From Mucilaginibacter sp. (GTDB lineage Bacteria > Bacteroidota > Bacteroidia > Sphingobacteriales > Sphingobacteriaceae), in NCBI RefSeq assembly GCF_965201005.1, contig NZ_OZ241747.1:572000-635999 (forward strand): DNA of 64,000 bases, written 5' to 3'. Shown one piece after another: positions 18,775-27,268 of the stretch. Made by a program: the position numbers and the translations under genes. The stretch's first letter is position 1. Each line of letters begins with the position of its first letter. The notes below the pieces were generated by a model. That model ran no database searches and was not told where the DNA came from. It was given only the letters and a program-made list of their open reading frames with translations.

Positions 18775-19001
18775 GATTAAAAATAGTGTTTTTAATTTGA
18801 TGTTGGTTTATACGGAAAATATTGTTGAACAAACCACGATTGTGGTTGTAAAAACGGTGCGGGAAATTGGCCTAAAAGTTACCGAAAAGCAATATATGTA
18901 AATTGTTAACGGTAAACCTTCAAATATTGTATGTGTAAATTTAATTAAGGTTTTTGAATCGAAAGCCAATTGCTGTTTGGGTTTTTTGCGGATTTATTTC
19001 T

Positions 19002-19092
19002 ATGCTTCTTTTATCGCCTAAAAAACTGTGAAGACAGGTTTGCTGCTTTAGATAAATACAAACCACCAAATTTATAGTGCTAAAAGAAGCAT
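19002..19092. repeat. ATGCTTCTTTTA-family palindromic element (L...R, 91 bp)
   Basis: The arms are ATGCTTCTTTTATCGCCTAAAAAACTG... and ...AAACCACCAAATTTATAGTGCTAAAAGAAGCAT. Degenerate outer arms sit at about 18970 and about 19108. Confidence 0.85.
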
Positions 19093-19379
19093 CAGGGTTT
19101 TAAAACAAAGCTAAACCAGCTATATAATGAGTAAAGTTTTTCCTATATATTTTAATTGGGGTTTACAATAAAGAAAACAACAGGATTGGACCTTCTATAA
19201 CCAACCATTCAAAAATCTTAGTTTTCAACTGGTTCTTTTTTTCGCATTTAATGTTCATATCAAGCATGGAACAAAAGTAGTGCCTGCATTTTTCTAAATT
19301 GTCATATCTATATAAGTTTAAACATTTAATCGTTTGATTAACATAAAAATAATAATTTTTTAACAATTACATTCAGCAG

Positions 19380-19395
19380 ATGCTTCTTTTATCAT
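19380..19395. repeat. solo ATGCTTCTTTTA-family arm next to the groEL terminator
   Basis: The sequence is ATGCTTCTTTTATCAT. Confidence 0.75.
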
Positions 19396-19414
19396 ACATT
19401 TTTTGGCAGAAACA

Positions 19415-19447
19415 AAAAAGCTTGTCTGGTTTCCCAAACAAGCTTTC
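19415..19447 (-). terminator. rho-independent terminator of groES-groEL
   Basis: On the minus strand the sequence is AAAGCTTGT-loop-ACAAGCTTTTTTGTTT. This is a 9-bp stem plus T-run, about 40 nt after the groEL stop. Confidence 0.7.
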
Positions 19448-19483
19448 AGTATATATTAAAATTTATAATGGTTGCACAGCTGA

Positions 19484-21124
19484 TTACATCATGCCGCCCA
19501 TACCGCCGCCGCCCATTGGAGGCATACCACCACCACCTTTTTCATCTTCAGGATCATCGGCCAAAACACATTCTGTTGTTAACAACATTGCAGCGATAGA
19601 AGCAGCATTTTCCAAAGCCACACGGCCTACTTTAGTTGGATCGATCACACCGGCACCGATCAAATTTTCGTATTTATCGGTACGTGCATTGTAACCAAAA
19701 TCAGCAGTGCCTTCTTTTACTTTTTGCACCACGATAGAACCTTCAATACCTGCATTTTCGCAGATTTGACGTAATGGCTCTTCAATAGCACGACGAATGA
19801 TCTGGATACCTGTGTTTTCATCTTCGTTAACGCCTTTAACCTCGGTCAAAGATTCTACCGCACGGATGAAAGCTACACCGCCACCGGCAACAATACCTTC
19901 TTCAACCGCAGCACGTGTTGCATGTAAAGCATCATCAACACGGTCTTTTTTCTCTTTCATTTCCACTTCTGTGGCAGCACCAACATACAATACAGCAACA
20001 CCGCCGGACAGTTTGGCTAAACGCTCCTGTAGTTTTTCTTTATCGTAATCAGAAGTAGTAGTTTCAATCTGAGATTTGATCTGGTTAACACGGGCTTTAA
20101 TCTCTTCGGTTTGGCCGGCACCGTTGATTACGGTTGTGTTGTCTTTATCAACAACAATTTTCTCGGCAGTACCTAAATAAGAAAGATCAGCATTTTCCAA
20201 TTTGTAACCTCTTTCTTCAGAAATTACTGTTCCGCCAGTCAAAATTGCAATATCTTCTAACATCGCTTTACGACGATCGCCAAAACCGGGAGCTTTAACA
20301 GCAACCACTTTCAGCGAACCACGGATTTTATTTACAACCAAAGTAGCCAAAGCTTCCCCGTCCAAATCTTCCGCAATAATTAACAATGGTTTACCGGTTT
20401 GTACTTGTTTTTCCAAAACCGGCAACAATTCCTTCATAGAAGAAATCTTTTTGTCGTAAATTAAAATGTAAGGGTTTTCTAATTCCGCTTCCATTTTATC
20501 GGCATTAGTTACAAAGTATGGAGATAAATAACCTCTGTCAAACTGCATACCTTCAACCGTTCTTACTTCAGTTTCGGTGCCTTTTGCTTCTTCAACTGTG
20601 ATAACGCCATCTTTTCCAACTTTTTCCATTGCTTCTGCAATTAGCGAACCGATGATTTCGTCGTTGTTTGCAGAGATAGAAGCAACTTGTTTGATTTTGT
20701 TATTGTCTTCGCCAACTGTTTGAGATTGCTCTTTCAGGTTAGCCACAACAGCCGCAACCGCTTTGTCAATACCACGTTTCAAATCCATCGGGTTTGCACC
20801 GGCGGCAACGTTTTTAATACCAGCGGTTACAATTGCCTGCGCCAAAACGGTAGCCGTAGTTGTTCCGTCACCTGCAATATCAGCAGTTTTGGAGGCCACT
20901 TCTTTCACCATTTGCGCACCCATGTTTTCCAAAGAATCTTTTAATTCGATTTCTTTGGCAACAGTAACACCATCTTTAGTGATAATCGGGGAACCAAATT
21001 TTTTGTCGATAATTACGTTCCTGCCTTTTGGGCCTAAAGTAACTTTAACCGCATTGGCCAAAATATCAACACCGCGTTTTAAAGCGTCGCGCGCTTCTAC
21101 ATTATATTTAACTTGTTTTGCCAT
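19484..21124 (-). CDS. groL: chaperonin GroEL
   Basis: Starts [20 protein letters not shown] and contains [12 protein letters not shown]. The C-terminal tail is [17 protein letters not shown]. Confidence 0.97.
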   Translation of the reverse strand: MAKQVKYNVEARDALKRGVDILANAVKVTLGPKGRNVIIDKKFGSPIITKDGVTVAKEIELKDSLENMGAQMVKEVASKTADIAGDGTTTATVLAQAIVTAGIKNVAAGANPMDLKRGIDKAVAAVVANLKEQSQTVGEDNNKIKQVASISANNDEIIGSLIAEAMEKVGKDGVITVEEAKGTETEVRTVEGMQFDRGYLSPYFVTNADKMEAELENPYILIYDKKISSMKELLPVLEKQVQTGKPLLIIAEDLDGEALATLVVNKIRGSLKVVAVKAPGFGDRRKAMLEDIAILTGGTVISEERGYKLENADLSYLGTAEKIVVDKDNTTVINGAGQTEEIKARVNQIKSQIETTTSDYDKEKLQERLAKLSGGVAVLYVGAATEVEMKEKKDRVDDALHATRAAVEEGIVAGGGVAFIRAVESLTEVKGVNEDENTGIQIIRRAIEEPLRQICENAGIEGSIVVQKVKEGTADFGYNARTDKYENLIGAGVIDPTKVGRVALENAASIAAMLLTTECVLADDPEDEKGGGGMPPMGGGGMGGMM

Positions 21125-21186
21125 TGTATTGGTTTTTAAGAATGAATAGAATAGTTTAGGCTGAAAATATCAAACCCGGATATGAT

Positions 21187-21462
21187 TTACAGAACTGCGT
21201 AAACGTCTGATTCACGCATGATTAAGTACTCTTTGCCTTCATAAGTAATTTCAGTACCGGCATATTTGCCATATAAAACCTGATCGCCAACTTTAACGGT
21301 CAGCGGCTCGTCAACTTTGCCTTCGCCAACGGCAACGATTGTTCCGCGTTGTGGTTTTTCTTTTGCAGTGTCAGGGATAAAAAGTCCGGATGCCGTTTTT
21401 TCTTCAGCAGCGGCAGCTTCTACTACTACTCTGTCTCCAATCGGTTTGATGTTTAATGACAT
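21187..21462 (-). CDS. groS: co-chaperonin GroES
   Basis: 91 aa with [10 protein letters not shown]...[26 protein letters not shown]. Confidence 0.97.
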   Translation of the reverse strand: MSLNIKPIGDRVVVEAAAAEEKTASGLFIPDTAKEKPQRGTIVAVGEGKVDEPLTVKVGDQVLYGKYAGTEITYEGKEYLIMRESDVYAVL

Positions 21463-21575
21463 TTTTGTATTTAGTTTTTGAATGAAAAATAAAATTACTA
21501 CTGCTTATCGTCAAACAGCAACTGTGCCAAAGCCCTGTTTCTGTACATATTGACTTATTGGCTTGCGAAACTTGT

Positions 21576-21583
21576 CAAAATTA
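21576..21583 (-). promoter_or_regulatory. candidate Bacteroidota -7 box (TAATTTTG) for groES-groEL
   Basis: This is the only TAnnTTTG match on the minus strand in the 236-bp region upstream of groES. It implies a 5' UTR of about 105 nt. No clear -33 TTTG was found. Confidence 0.3.
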
Positions 21584-21642
21584 CTTTCCCTTAAATATTT
21601 TAATTGATTTTAGTTGATGGAAATGTGCCATCCTGACAGCCC

Positions 21643-21678
21643 AACAAAAAAGGCTTTCGTATCATCCGAAAGCCTTTT
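21643..21678 (-). terminator. rho-independent terminator of secG
   Basis: 11-bp stem AAAGGCTTTCG / CGAAAGCCTTT with a 7-nt loop. On the minus strand it is followed by TTTTTTG. Confidence 0.8.
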
Positions 21679-21682
21679 ATTA

Positions 21683-21700
21683 ATGCTGTTTTTACCACCT
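21683..21700. repeat. solo B-type arm overlapping the secG stop codon
   Basis: ATGCTGTTTTTACCACCT; the secG TAG is the complement of 21699-21701. Confidence 0.8.
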
Positions 21701-22043
21701 ATTTTTTAGGCAGCGGCTGTTGTACCGGAGGCAAATTCAGCGGTGCGCTCACCGGAGCGGTTGGTTTTGAAGCTTTGTCAATCTGTTCCTGGTTTTGCAC
21801 ACGGTTTGCAGATGATGGACCGTTTTTAGAAACCACATTTACAGCCAGCGAAAGCACCATCAGCGCAATAGCCAAAAACCAGGTCCCTTTTTCCAGAAAA
21901 TCACCGGTTTTTTGTACGCCCATCATTTGAGACGAACTCGAAAAATTAGAATTCAGGCCGCCGCCTTTCGGGTTCTGGATCAGCACGATCAAACCAAGCA
22001 GCACGCAGATAATCACAATCAAAACAACAAGCACTAAATACAT
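21699..22043 (-). CDS. secG: preprotein translocase subunit SecG
   Basis: 114 aa with two TM helices and LIVLIQNPKGGGL. Confidence 0.85.
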   Translation of the reverse strand: MYLVLVVLIVIICVLLGLIVLIQNPKGGGLNSNFSSSSQMMGVQKTGDFLEKGTWFLAIALMVLSLAVNVVSKNGPSSANRVQNQEQIDKASKPTAPVSAPLNLPPVQQPLPKK

Positions 22044-22049
22044 TTTATA

Positions 22050-23825
22050 TCAGTTTATTTTTTTCTCTATTTCTGTTAGTTGGGCTGCAAAGTAAACGCT
22101 TTTTTCCGGAAATTTCAACAGCAGCTTTTTATAAGTATCTAAGGCTTTGTGGTAAAGCATTTGGTCCAAGTAAACTTTTGCCAGCGTTTCCGTCACCAAA
22201 ATATCTGCATCTTCCGAACTCTTTTTAGCCTTGTTTTCTGTGTCCAACTTATCCATACTTGGCGGGTGGATGTGCGGTTCTTCAATAATAAAACGTTCAA
22301 TCAGCTGCTTCTCCTTCTTTTTAACTGGCAATTCTTCTATCGGCGGCAACACGTTTTCGGGCACTTTCAGCGGTGCTTTGGTATGAAAAATACTTTCTAT
22401 ATATTGCTGGTGCAGCTCCGGGCCAACGCTTAAATCAGTGTTGTTTTGTACATTTTTAGTGTAAGGCTGATAGTTCCCATCATGTTCTTTGCGCGTTCTG
22501 TCCAGCCACCACATAAACGTGTACGGCATTTTATCATCATGATATTTGGAAACCGTATCTGCTTCATTTTCAGTTTGATAATCCGTTTTTATAGGTTCAG
22601 CCAAAGCTTTTTCTAATGGATCATCACCTTTTTCTATCAATTGTTTTTCAGTTTCAGGCGTTTGGTTTTGCCCGAATTTCTGGTTAAAAGAAAAATAATC
22701 GATCGAAGCAATGTTGCTCAGCATTGCTTTTTCCGCCTCATCGCGGGCATTTAAAGGTGTTTCTTCCGAAGTAATTTCGGGTGTAACTGCAACTTCCGGT
22801 GCTAATGATTCAGGTTCGGATCCGGGAACAATTTGGGGCGATGCTTCTTTTACCACCTCAAATTTGATGTCCTCAATCGCCATGATTTCCTCAAAAACCT
22901 CTTCGTCAATTTCCTGGCCGGCGGGTTTTTGATTAAAGTTTTCTTCGAATGCTAAAATCGTTGGTTCAGGGAAAACAAGTTTTTCATCGTCCTCATTTAC
23001 AAATGTTTGGCTTATGTCTTCTGCCCGGAAATCATTTTCGGCAGCCATTGCTTCCTCCAAATTTTCACCTGTAAAAGAAGCATCAACGTTTTCTGCGGAA
23101 GGGATATCTTCTGTAAAAACCGCTTCCTCGTCCTCAATTTCCGCAGGTTTTGGTTCGATAAAAGCCGCGTCGGTAGTTTCCTGCGGATCAGTTTCTTCCG
23201 ATTTTTCCTGACTATCGGTTCCGGTCAAATTTCCCTCAATAAAAACAGCATCGTTTTCTGCGGAAGGAGCAGCCCCGGCCACATCTGAATCCGCAGTAAC
23301 CACTTCCAGTTCCAAATCAATAAACGCGGCATTGTTGATTTCGTCAGCAGGTATTTCATCCGAAAAGTCCGCTTCCGTTTCAGGTTTTGGGTTGATAAAA
23401 ACAGTATTGGTTTCTTCTTTCGCAGCAACTTCCACCGGATAATTTGCTGCAAAAGCTGCCGGTGCGTCCACCAAATTTTCCTCTGTAAAAACAGTATCAG
23501 TTGTTGTTTTATGATCGGTTTTACTTCCATCAAAACCAACAAAACGATCTGGTTTTGGCGCAACCAGCAATTCCGGCCGGTGGATCAGCCGGAACAAAAC
23601 TTCCCGGTTTGCCGCATAAACTGCCGCCGAACGAAGTGCTTTTTCTGCAATTTCGGCATCTGGCTTTTGCACTGCTTTGGCCAGCAACATCCGGAAAATA
23701 CCGCAGGCCGGATAATTTTGCACCAACGCTTCCAACTGCTGCCGGTGCATTGCGTTTGCCGCCGCCGGATTGGCCAATAGTTGCTGCAAAAATTCGGGGT
23801 TTAACCCGTTTTGTATCTGATCCAC
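22050..23825 (-). CDS. acidic repeat protein with a C-terminal TPR-like helix pair
   Basis: 591 aa. The central Asp/Glu-rich region carries the repeated peptide D-[AT]-[AVS]-F-[TI]-x-[EG]-N-L, encoded by the genome-wide repeat motif. The C-terminus is ...ETLAKVYLDQMLYHKALDTYKKLLLKFPEKSVYFAAQL. Confidence 0.7.
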   Translation of the reverse strand: MDQIQNGLNPEFLQQLLANPAAANAMHRQQLEALVQNYPACGIFRMLLAKAVQKPDAEIAEKALRSAAVYAANREVLFRLIHRPELLVAPKPDRFVGFDGSKTDHKTTTDTVFTEENLVDAPAAFAANYPVEVAAKEETNTVFINPKPETEADFSDEIPADEINNAAFIDLELEVVTADSDVAGAAPSAENDAVFIEGNLTGTDSQEKSEETDPQETTDAAFIEPKPAEIEDEEAVFTEDIPSAENVDASFTGENLEEAMAAENDFRAEDISQTFVNEDDEKLVFPEPTILAFEENFNQKPAGQEIDEEVFEEIMAIEDIKFEVVKEASPQIVPGSEPESLAPEVAVTPEITSEETPLNARDEAEKAMLSNIASIDYFSFNQKFGQNQTPETEKQLIEKGDDPLEKALAEPIKTDYQTENEADTVSKYHDDKMPYTFMWWLDRTRKEHDGNYQPYTKNVQNNTDLSVGPELHQQYIESIFHTKAPLKVPENVLPPIEELPVKKKEKQLIERFIIEEPHIHPPSMDKLDTENKAKKSSEDADILVTETLAKVYLDQMLYHKALDTYKKLLLKFPEKSVYFAAQLTEIEKKIN

Positions 23826-23845
23826 GGTTTGAAACTACGATTTGC

Positions 23846-24373
23846 TTACCAATTGGCAAAAGCCTTGTTAAAAATATCTTCAGTCAGTTGCGTATTGATG
23901 GCTGCAATCAGCCCTTGTTCGCGCGTGCCAATATCGCCCTGATAATCCTGATAACGCGAAAACGATTGCTCAAAATTTTGTTTTGGGTCTAAATTATTGG
24001 TGTATTTCACGTTCACCGTAATGGTTAAACGGTTGGTGTTGGATATTGGTGCGATGCTGCTGTTGGCCGCCGGCAAAACCGTTGGCGCAATGGTGTAGCC
24101 CGTAATGCGGCCTTCCAAAGTGCAATCTGCATCGCCCCGAACCGTGCTTAAACGGGTTTGCGTGCGGATACGGTCCTGCAAAGCGGTGGTAAAAGTCTGG
24201 CTTAAATTGTTGATCACCAGCGGTGCCACGTTTTCAAAAATCGGAATGTTGATGGTTTTTAACGCGCCAACCGAACCGCCGTTTAATTTGTAGGAGCAAG
24301 CCTGAAAGCAAAAAAATATCGGCAGTAAAAAAAACAAGCCCGATTTTTTGCCGATAAAAGAAGTATTGGCCAT
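23846..24373 (-). CDS. LptE-like lipoprotein
   Basis: Has a lipoprotein signal (LLPIFFCFQAC) at about 175 aa. The assignment rests on its position between the sigma-54 activator and the TPR/secG genes. The N-terminus MANTSFIGKK is encoded by a repeat-family arm. Confidence 0.45.
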   Translation of the reverse strand: MANTSFIGKKSGLFFLLPIFFCFQACSYKLNGGSVGALKTINIPIFENVAPLVINNLSQTFTTALQDRIRTQTRLSTVRGDADCTLEGRITGYTIAPTVLPAANSSIAPISNTNRLTITVNVKYTNNLDPKQNFEQSFSRYQDYQGDIGTREQGLIAAINTQLTEDIFNKAFANW

Positions 24374-24383
24374 TAATGTATGT

Positions 24384-25640
24384 TTATAAATTCAGTTCTT
24401 TAATTTTTCGGTACAAAGTGCGCTCGGAAATGCCCAGTTCCTGAGCGGCAAATTTGCGTTTGCCTTTGTGTTTTTTCAACGCTTTTTTTATCAGGTCTGA
24501 TTCTTTTTCCAGCAATGAAAGTGATTCTTCCACTTCTTCAGCTTCGTGTGCAATGCTAAAATCTTTGTTGTTTTGCGTTGGTTGCTGGATAGTTAATTTG
24601 GGTTCCTGCGGATGATTGTTCTGGTGATGAAACTGATGGTCGCCTTCAATCTCAATATCGCGGTAAAGCTGGTTCAAAACCTGCGGATTGCCGGTATAAT
24701 TTGCCGTAACGCCGCCATTTTCAATAATATCGACCACTAATTTTTTAAGGTCCGTCACGTCGCGCTTCATGTCAAAAAGCACTTTGTACAAAATATCACG
24801 TTCCGAAAAATCGTCTTTTTTCTGTTGATTGATGCGCATCGGCAAATTGCTGCCGCTGTTTTCCTGCGGGATGTATTGCAGCAAACTTTGCGCAGAAATG
24901 GTATGATCGCGCTCTAAAACGGCTAATTGCTCGGCAATATTTTTCAGCTGACGAACATTTCCCGGCCAGCTGTAATTCACCAGCATTTGCTGCGCTTCTT
25001 CATTCATTTGTATGGGCGGAGAACGATATTTCGCCGTAAAATCTGCCGTAAATTTTCTAAAAAGCAGATAAATATCTTCTTTCCGGTCGCGCAACGGCGG
25101 GATGCGCAACGGAACGGTATTCAGCCGATAATACAAATCTTCCCGGAAACGGCCTGATTTTACCGCATCATAAACATCCACGTTGGTGGCCGCAATTACA
25201 CGTACATTGGTTTTTTCTACTTTGGATGAACCAACTTTAATATATTGCCCGGATTCCAAAACCCGCAGCAAACGCGCCTGAGTCCCCAAAGGCATTTCGG
25301 CAATTTCATCCAGAAAAATCGTTCCGCCGTTTACCGTTTCAAAATAACCTTTACGCTCGCCAATGGCACCCGTATAAGCACCTTTTTCATGTCCAAAAAG
25401 TTCCGAATCAATGGTTCCTTCGGGGATGGCACCGCAATTTACCGCGATAAACGGACCATGTTTCCTGGGGCTCATCTGGTGGATGATGTGCGAAAAAACC
25501 TCTTTACCGCTGCCGCTTTCGCCTGTAATCAGCACCGAAATATCTGTTGGTGCCACCTGGTTGGCAATATCTATCGCCCGGTTAAGCAAAGGCGAATTAC
25601 CAATAATCCCGAAGCGCTGTTTAATTTCCTGAATCTCCAT
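24384..25640 (-). CDS. sigma-54 interaction-domain transcriptional activator (no receiver domain)
   Basis: Walker A GESGSGKE, a GAYTGA loop, and a C-terminal Fis-type HTH (AAQELGISERTLYRKI). Confidence 0.85.
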   Translation of the reverse strand: MEIQEIKQRFGIIGNSPLLNRAIDIANQVAPTDISVLITGESGSGKEVFSHIIHQMSPRKHGPFIAVNCGAIPEGTIDSELFGHEKGAYTGAIGERKGYFETVNGGTIFLDEIAEMPLGTQARLLRVLESGQYIKVGSSKVEKTNVRVIAATNVDVYDAVKSGRFREDLYYRLNTVPLRIPPLRDRKEDIYLLFRKFTADFTAKYRSPPIQMNEEAQQMLVNYSWPGNVRQLKNIAEQLAVLERDHTISAQSLLQYIPQENSGSNLPMRINQQKKDDFSERDILYKVLFDMKRDVTDLKKLVVDIIENGGVTANYTGNPQVLNQLYRDIEIEGDHQFHHQNNHPQEPKLTIQQPTQNNKDFSIAHEAEEVEESLSLLEKESDLIKKALKKHKGKRKFAAQELGISERTLYRKIKELNL

Positions 25641-25647
25641 ACTGTTT

Positions 25648-27066
25648 TTAGCCTACAATTTTACCAATTAAGGTTGCGGTTGTACATTTTTCGATCAAAA
25701 CATTGGCATAATCGCCCGGCTGGTAGCGTTTATCTGCCGGAAAAACCACCGTTGCATTCAAATCATTCCGTCCGCTATAATCTAAAGCTGATTTTTTAGA
25801 ACGTTTCTCGATCAAAACCTGCTGCACCTGGCCGATTTGTTCTAACAATCTGAAATGCGAATGCTGTTGTTGTTTAGCCACAATTTCGCGCAACCGGCGG
25901 CTTTTGGTTTCCTCCGGAATATCGTCCGCATAACGCTTTGCCGCCAGCGTTCCCGGCCGTTCCGAATACATAAACATGTAGGCGAAATCGTACTGCACAT
26001 AATCCATCATGCTCAGCGTTTCCTGGTGTTCTTCTTCCGTTTCCGAACAAAAACCGGTAATCACATCGGTAGAAATGGCACAACCGGGAAGAATGCGACG
26101 AATGGCATCAATCCGGTTCATGTACCAGGCACGGTCGTAAGTACGGTTCATCAGTTCCAAAATCCGGCTGTTGCCCGATTGTACCGGCAAATGGATGTAT
26201 TTGCAGATGTTGTCGTACTTTTTCATCGTGTAAAGCACTTCATCCGTAATATCTTTTGGGTGAGATGTTGAAAAACGTACGCGCAACTTTGGGTTGATTA
26301 ACGCCACAAATTCCAGCAACCCGGCGAAATTTAGGATGATGCCGTCTTCATTCGTCCATTTGTACGAATCCACATTTTGCCCAAGCAGCGTAACTTCTTT
26401 ATAACCGGCATTAAATAAATCCGCACATTCTTTGACGATAGAAAAAGCATCACGGCTACGTTCGCGGCCGCGTGTAAACGGAACCACGCAAAATGAACAC
26501 ATGTTGTCGCAGCCGCGCATAATCGACACAAAAGCGTTGATGCCGTTGCTGTTTAAACGCACCGGACTAATATCAGCGTAAGTTTCTTCGCGGGAAAGCA
26601 GCACGTTTACCGCTTTTTGTCCGCTGTCCACCTGTTCAATCAAATTTGGCAGGTCGCGGTAAGCATCCGGGCCAACCACTACGTCAACCAATTTTTCTTC
26701 TTCCAAAAACTTGGCTTTTAAACGTTCGGCCATGCAGCCCAAAACGCCAACCACCATTCCCGGGTTCCGCTGTTTGGAAACTTTAAATTCTTTCAAACGA
26801 TTACGTACACGTTGTTCCGCATTTTCGCGGATTGAGCAAGTGTTGATAAAAACCACGTCCGCTTCCTTAAAATCCGAAGTGGTTTCAAAACCCTGATCCG
26901 CCAGAATGGAAGCAACAATCTCACTGTCCGAAAAATTCATCGCGCAGCCATAACTTTCAATATACAGTTTGCGGCCATTGTTTTTCAATATCGTTTTATC
27001 CAGCACCAACGCTTCGCCTTGCCGGCTTTCATCGTGTTTGCTGGTTGGAAAATCCAAATTCATCAT
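25648..27066 (-). CDS. miaB: tRNA (N6-isopentenyl adenosine(37)-C2)-methylthiotransferase MiaB
   Basis: Contains [10 protein letters not shown], the radical-SAM motif [13 protein letters not shown] and a TRAM-like C-terminus. Confidence 0.9.
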   Translation of the reverse strand: MMNLDFPTSKHDESRQGEALVLDKTILKNNGRKLYIESYGCAMNFSDSEIVASILADQGFETTSDFKEADVVFINTCSIRENAEQRVRNRLKEFKVSKQRNPGMVVGVLGCMAERLKAKFLEEEKLVDVVVGPDAYRDLPNLIEQVDSGQKAVNVLLSREETYADISPVRLNSNGINAFVSIMRGCDNMCSFCVVPFTRGRERSRDAFSIVKECADLFNAGYKEVTLLGQNVDSYKWTNEDGIILNFAGLLEFVALINPKLRVRFSTSHPKDITDEVLYTMKKYDNICKYIHLPVQSGNSRILELMNRTYDRAWYMNRIDAIRRILPGCAISTDVITGFCSETEEEHQETLSMMDYVQYDFAYMFMYSERPGTLAAKRYADDIPEETKSRRLREIVAKQQQHSHFRLLEQIGQVQQVLIEKRSKKSALDYSGRNDLNATVVFPADKRYQPGDYANVLIEKCTTATLIGKIVG

Positions 27067-27150
27067 AAAAAATTGAACTGCAAAAGTAAGAAAATGTTAT
27101 TTAATTGCGTGACAGATTGGCAGTATTAAACACAAATCGGCTTAAATAAT

Positions 27151-27175
27151 GATTTTATACCGATAAAAGAAGCAT
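27151..27175. repeat. solo ATGCTTCTTTTA-family arm (R orientation)
   Basis: GATTTTATACCGATAAAAGAAGCAT matches the extended arms at 515-540 and 39309-39335. Confidence 0.8.
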
Positions 27176-27268
27176 TGCCTGTTTCCAAACGTATCATTTT
27201 AAATACTATTCTATATCTTGTACAAATTTGCTGCTGCCCAACGTATAAAAGCAGGAAGGATTTGGGAA

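Noticed and set aside
21463-21640. A CIRCE/HrcA operator or sigma-32-type heat-shock promoter upstream of groES.
   Set aside because: There is no TTAGCACTC-N9-GAGTGCTAA-like inverted repeat on either strand. The CTTGCGAAA...CCCTTAAAT string resembling a sigma-32 promoter is on the wrong (+) strand for this minus-strand operon.
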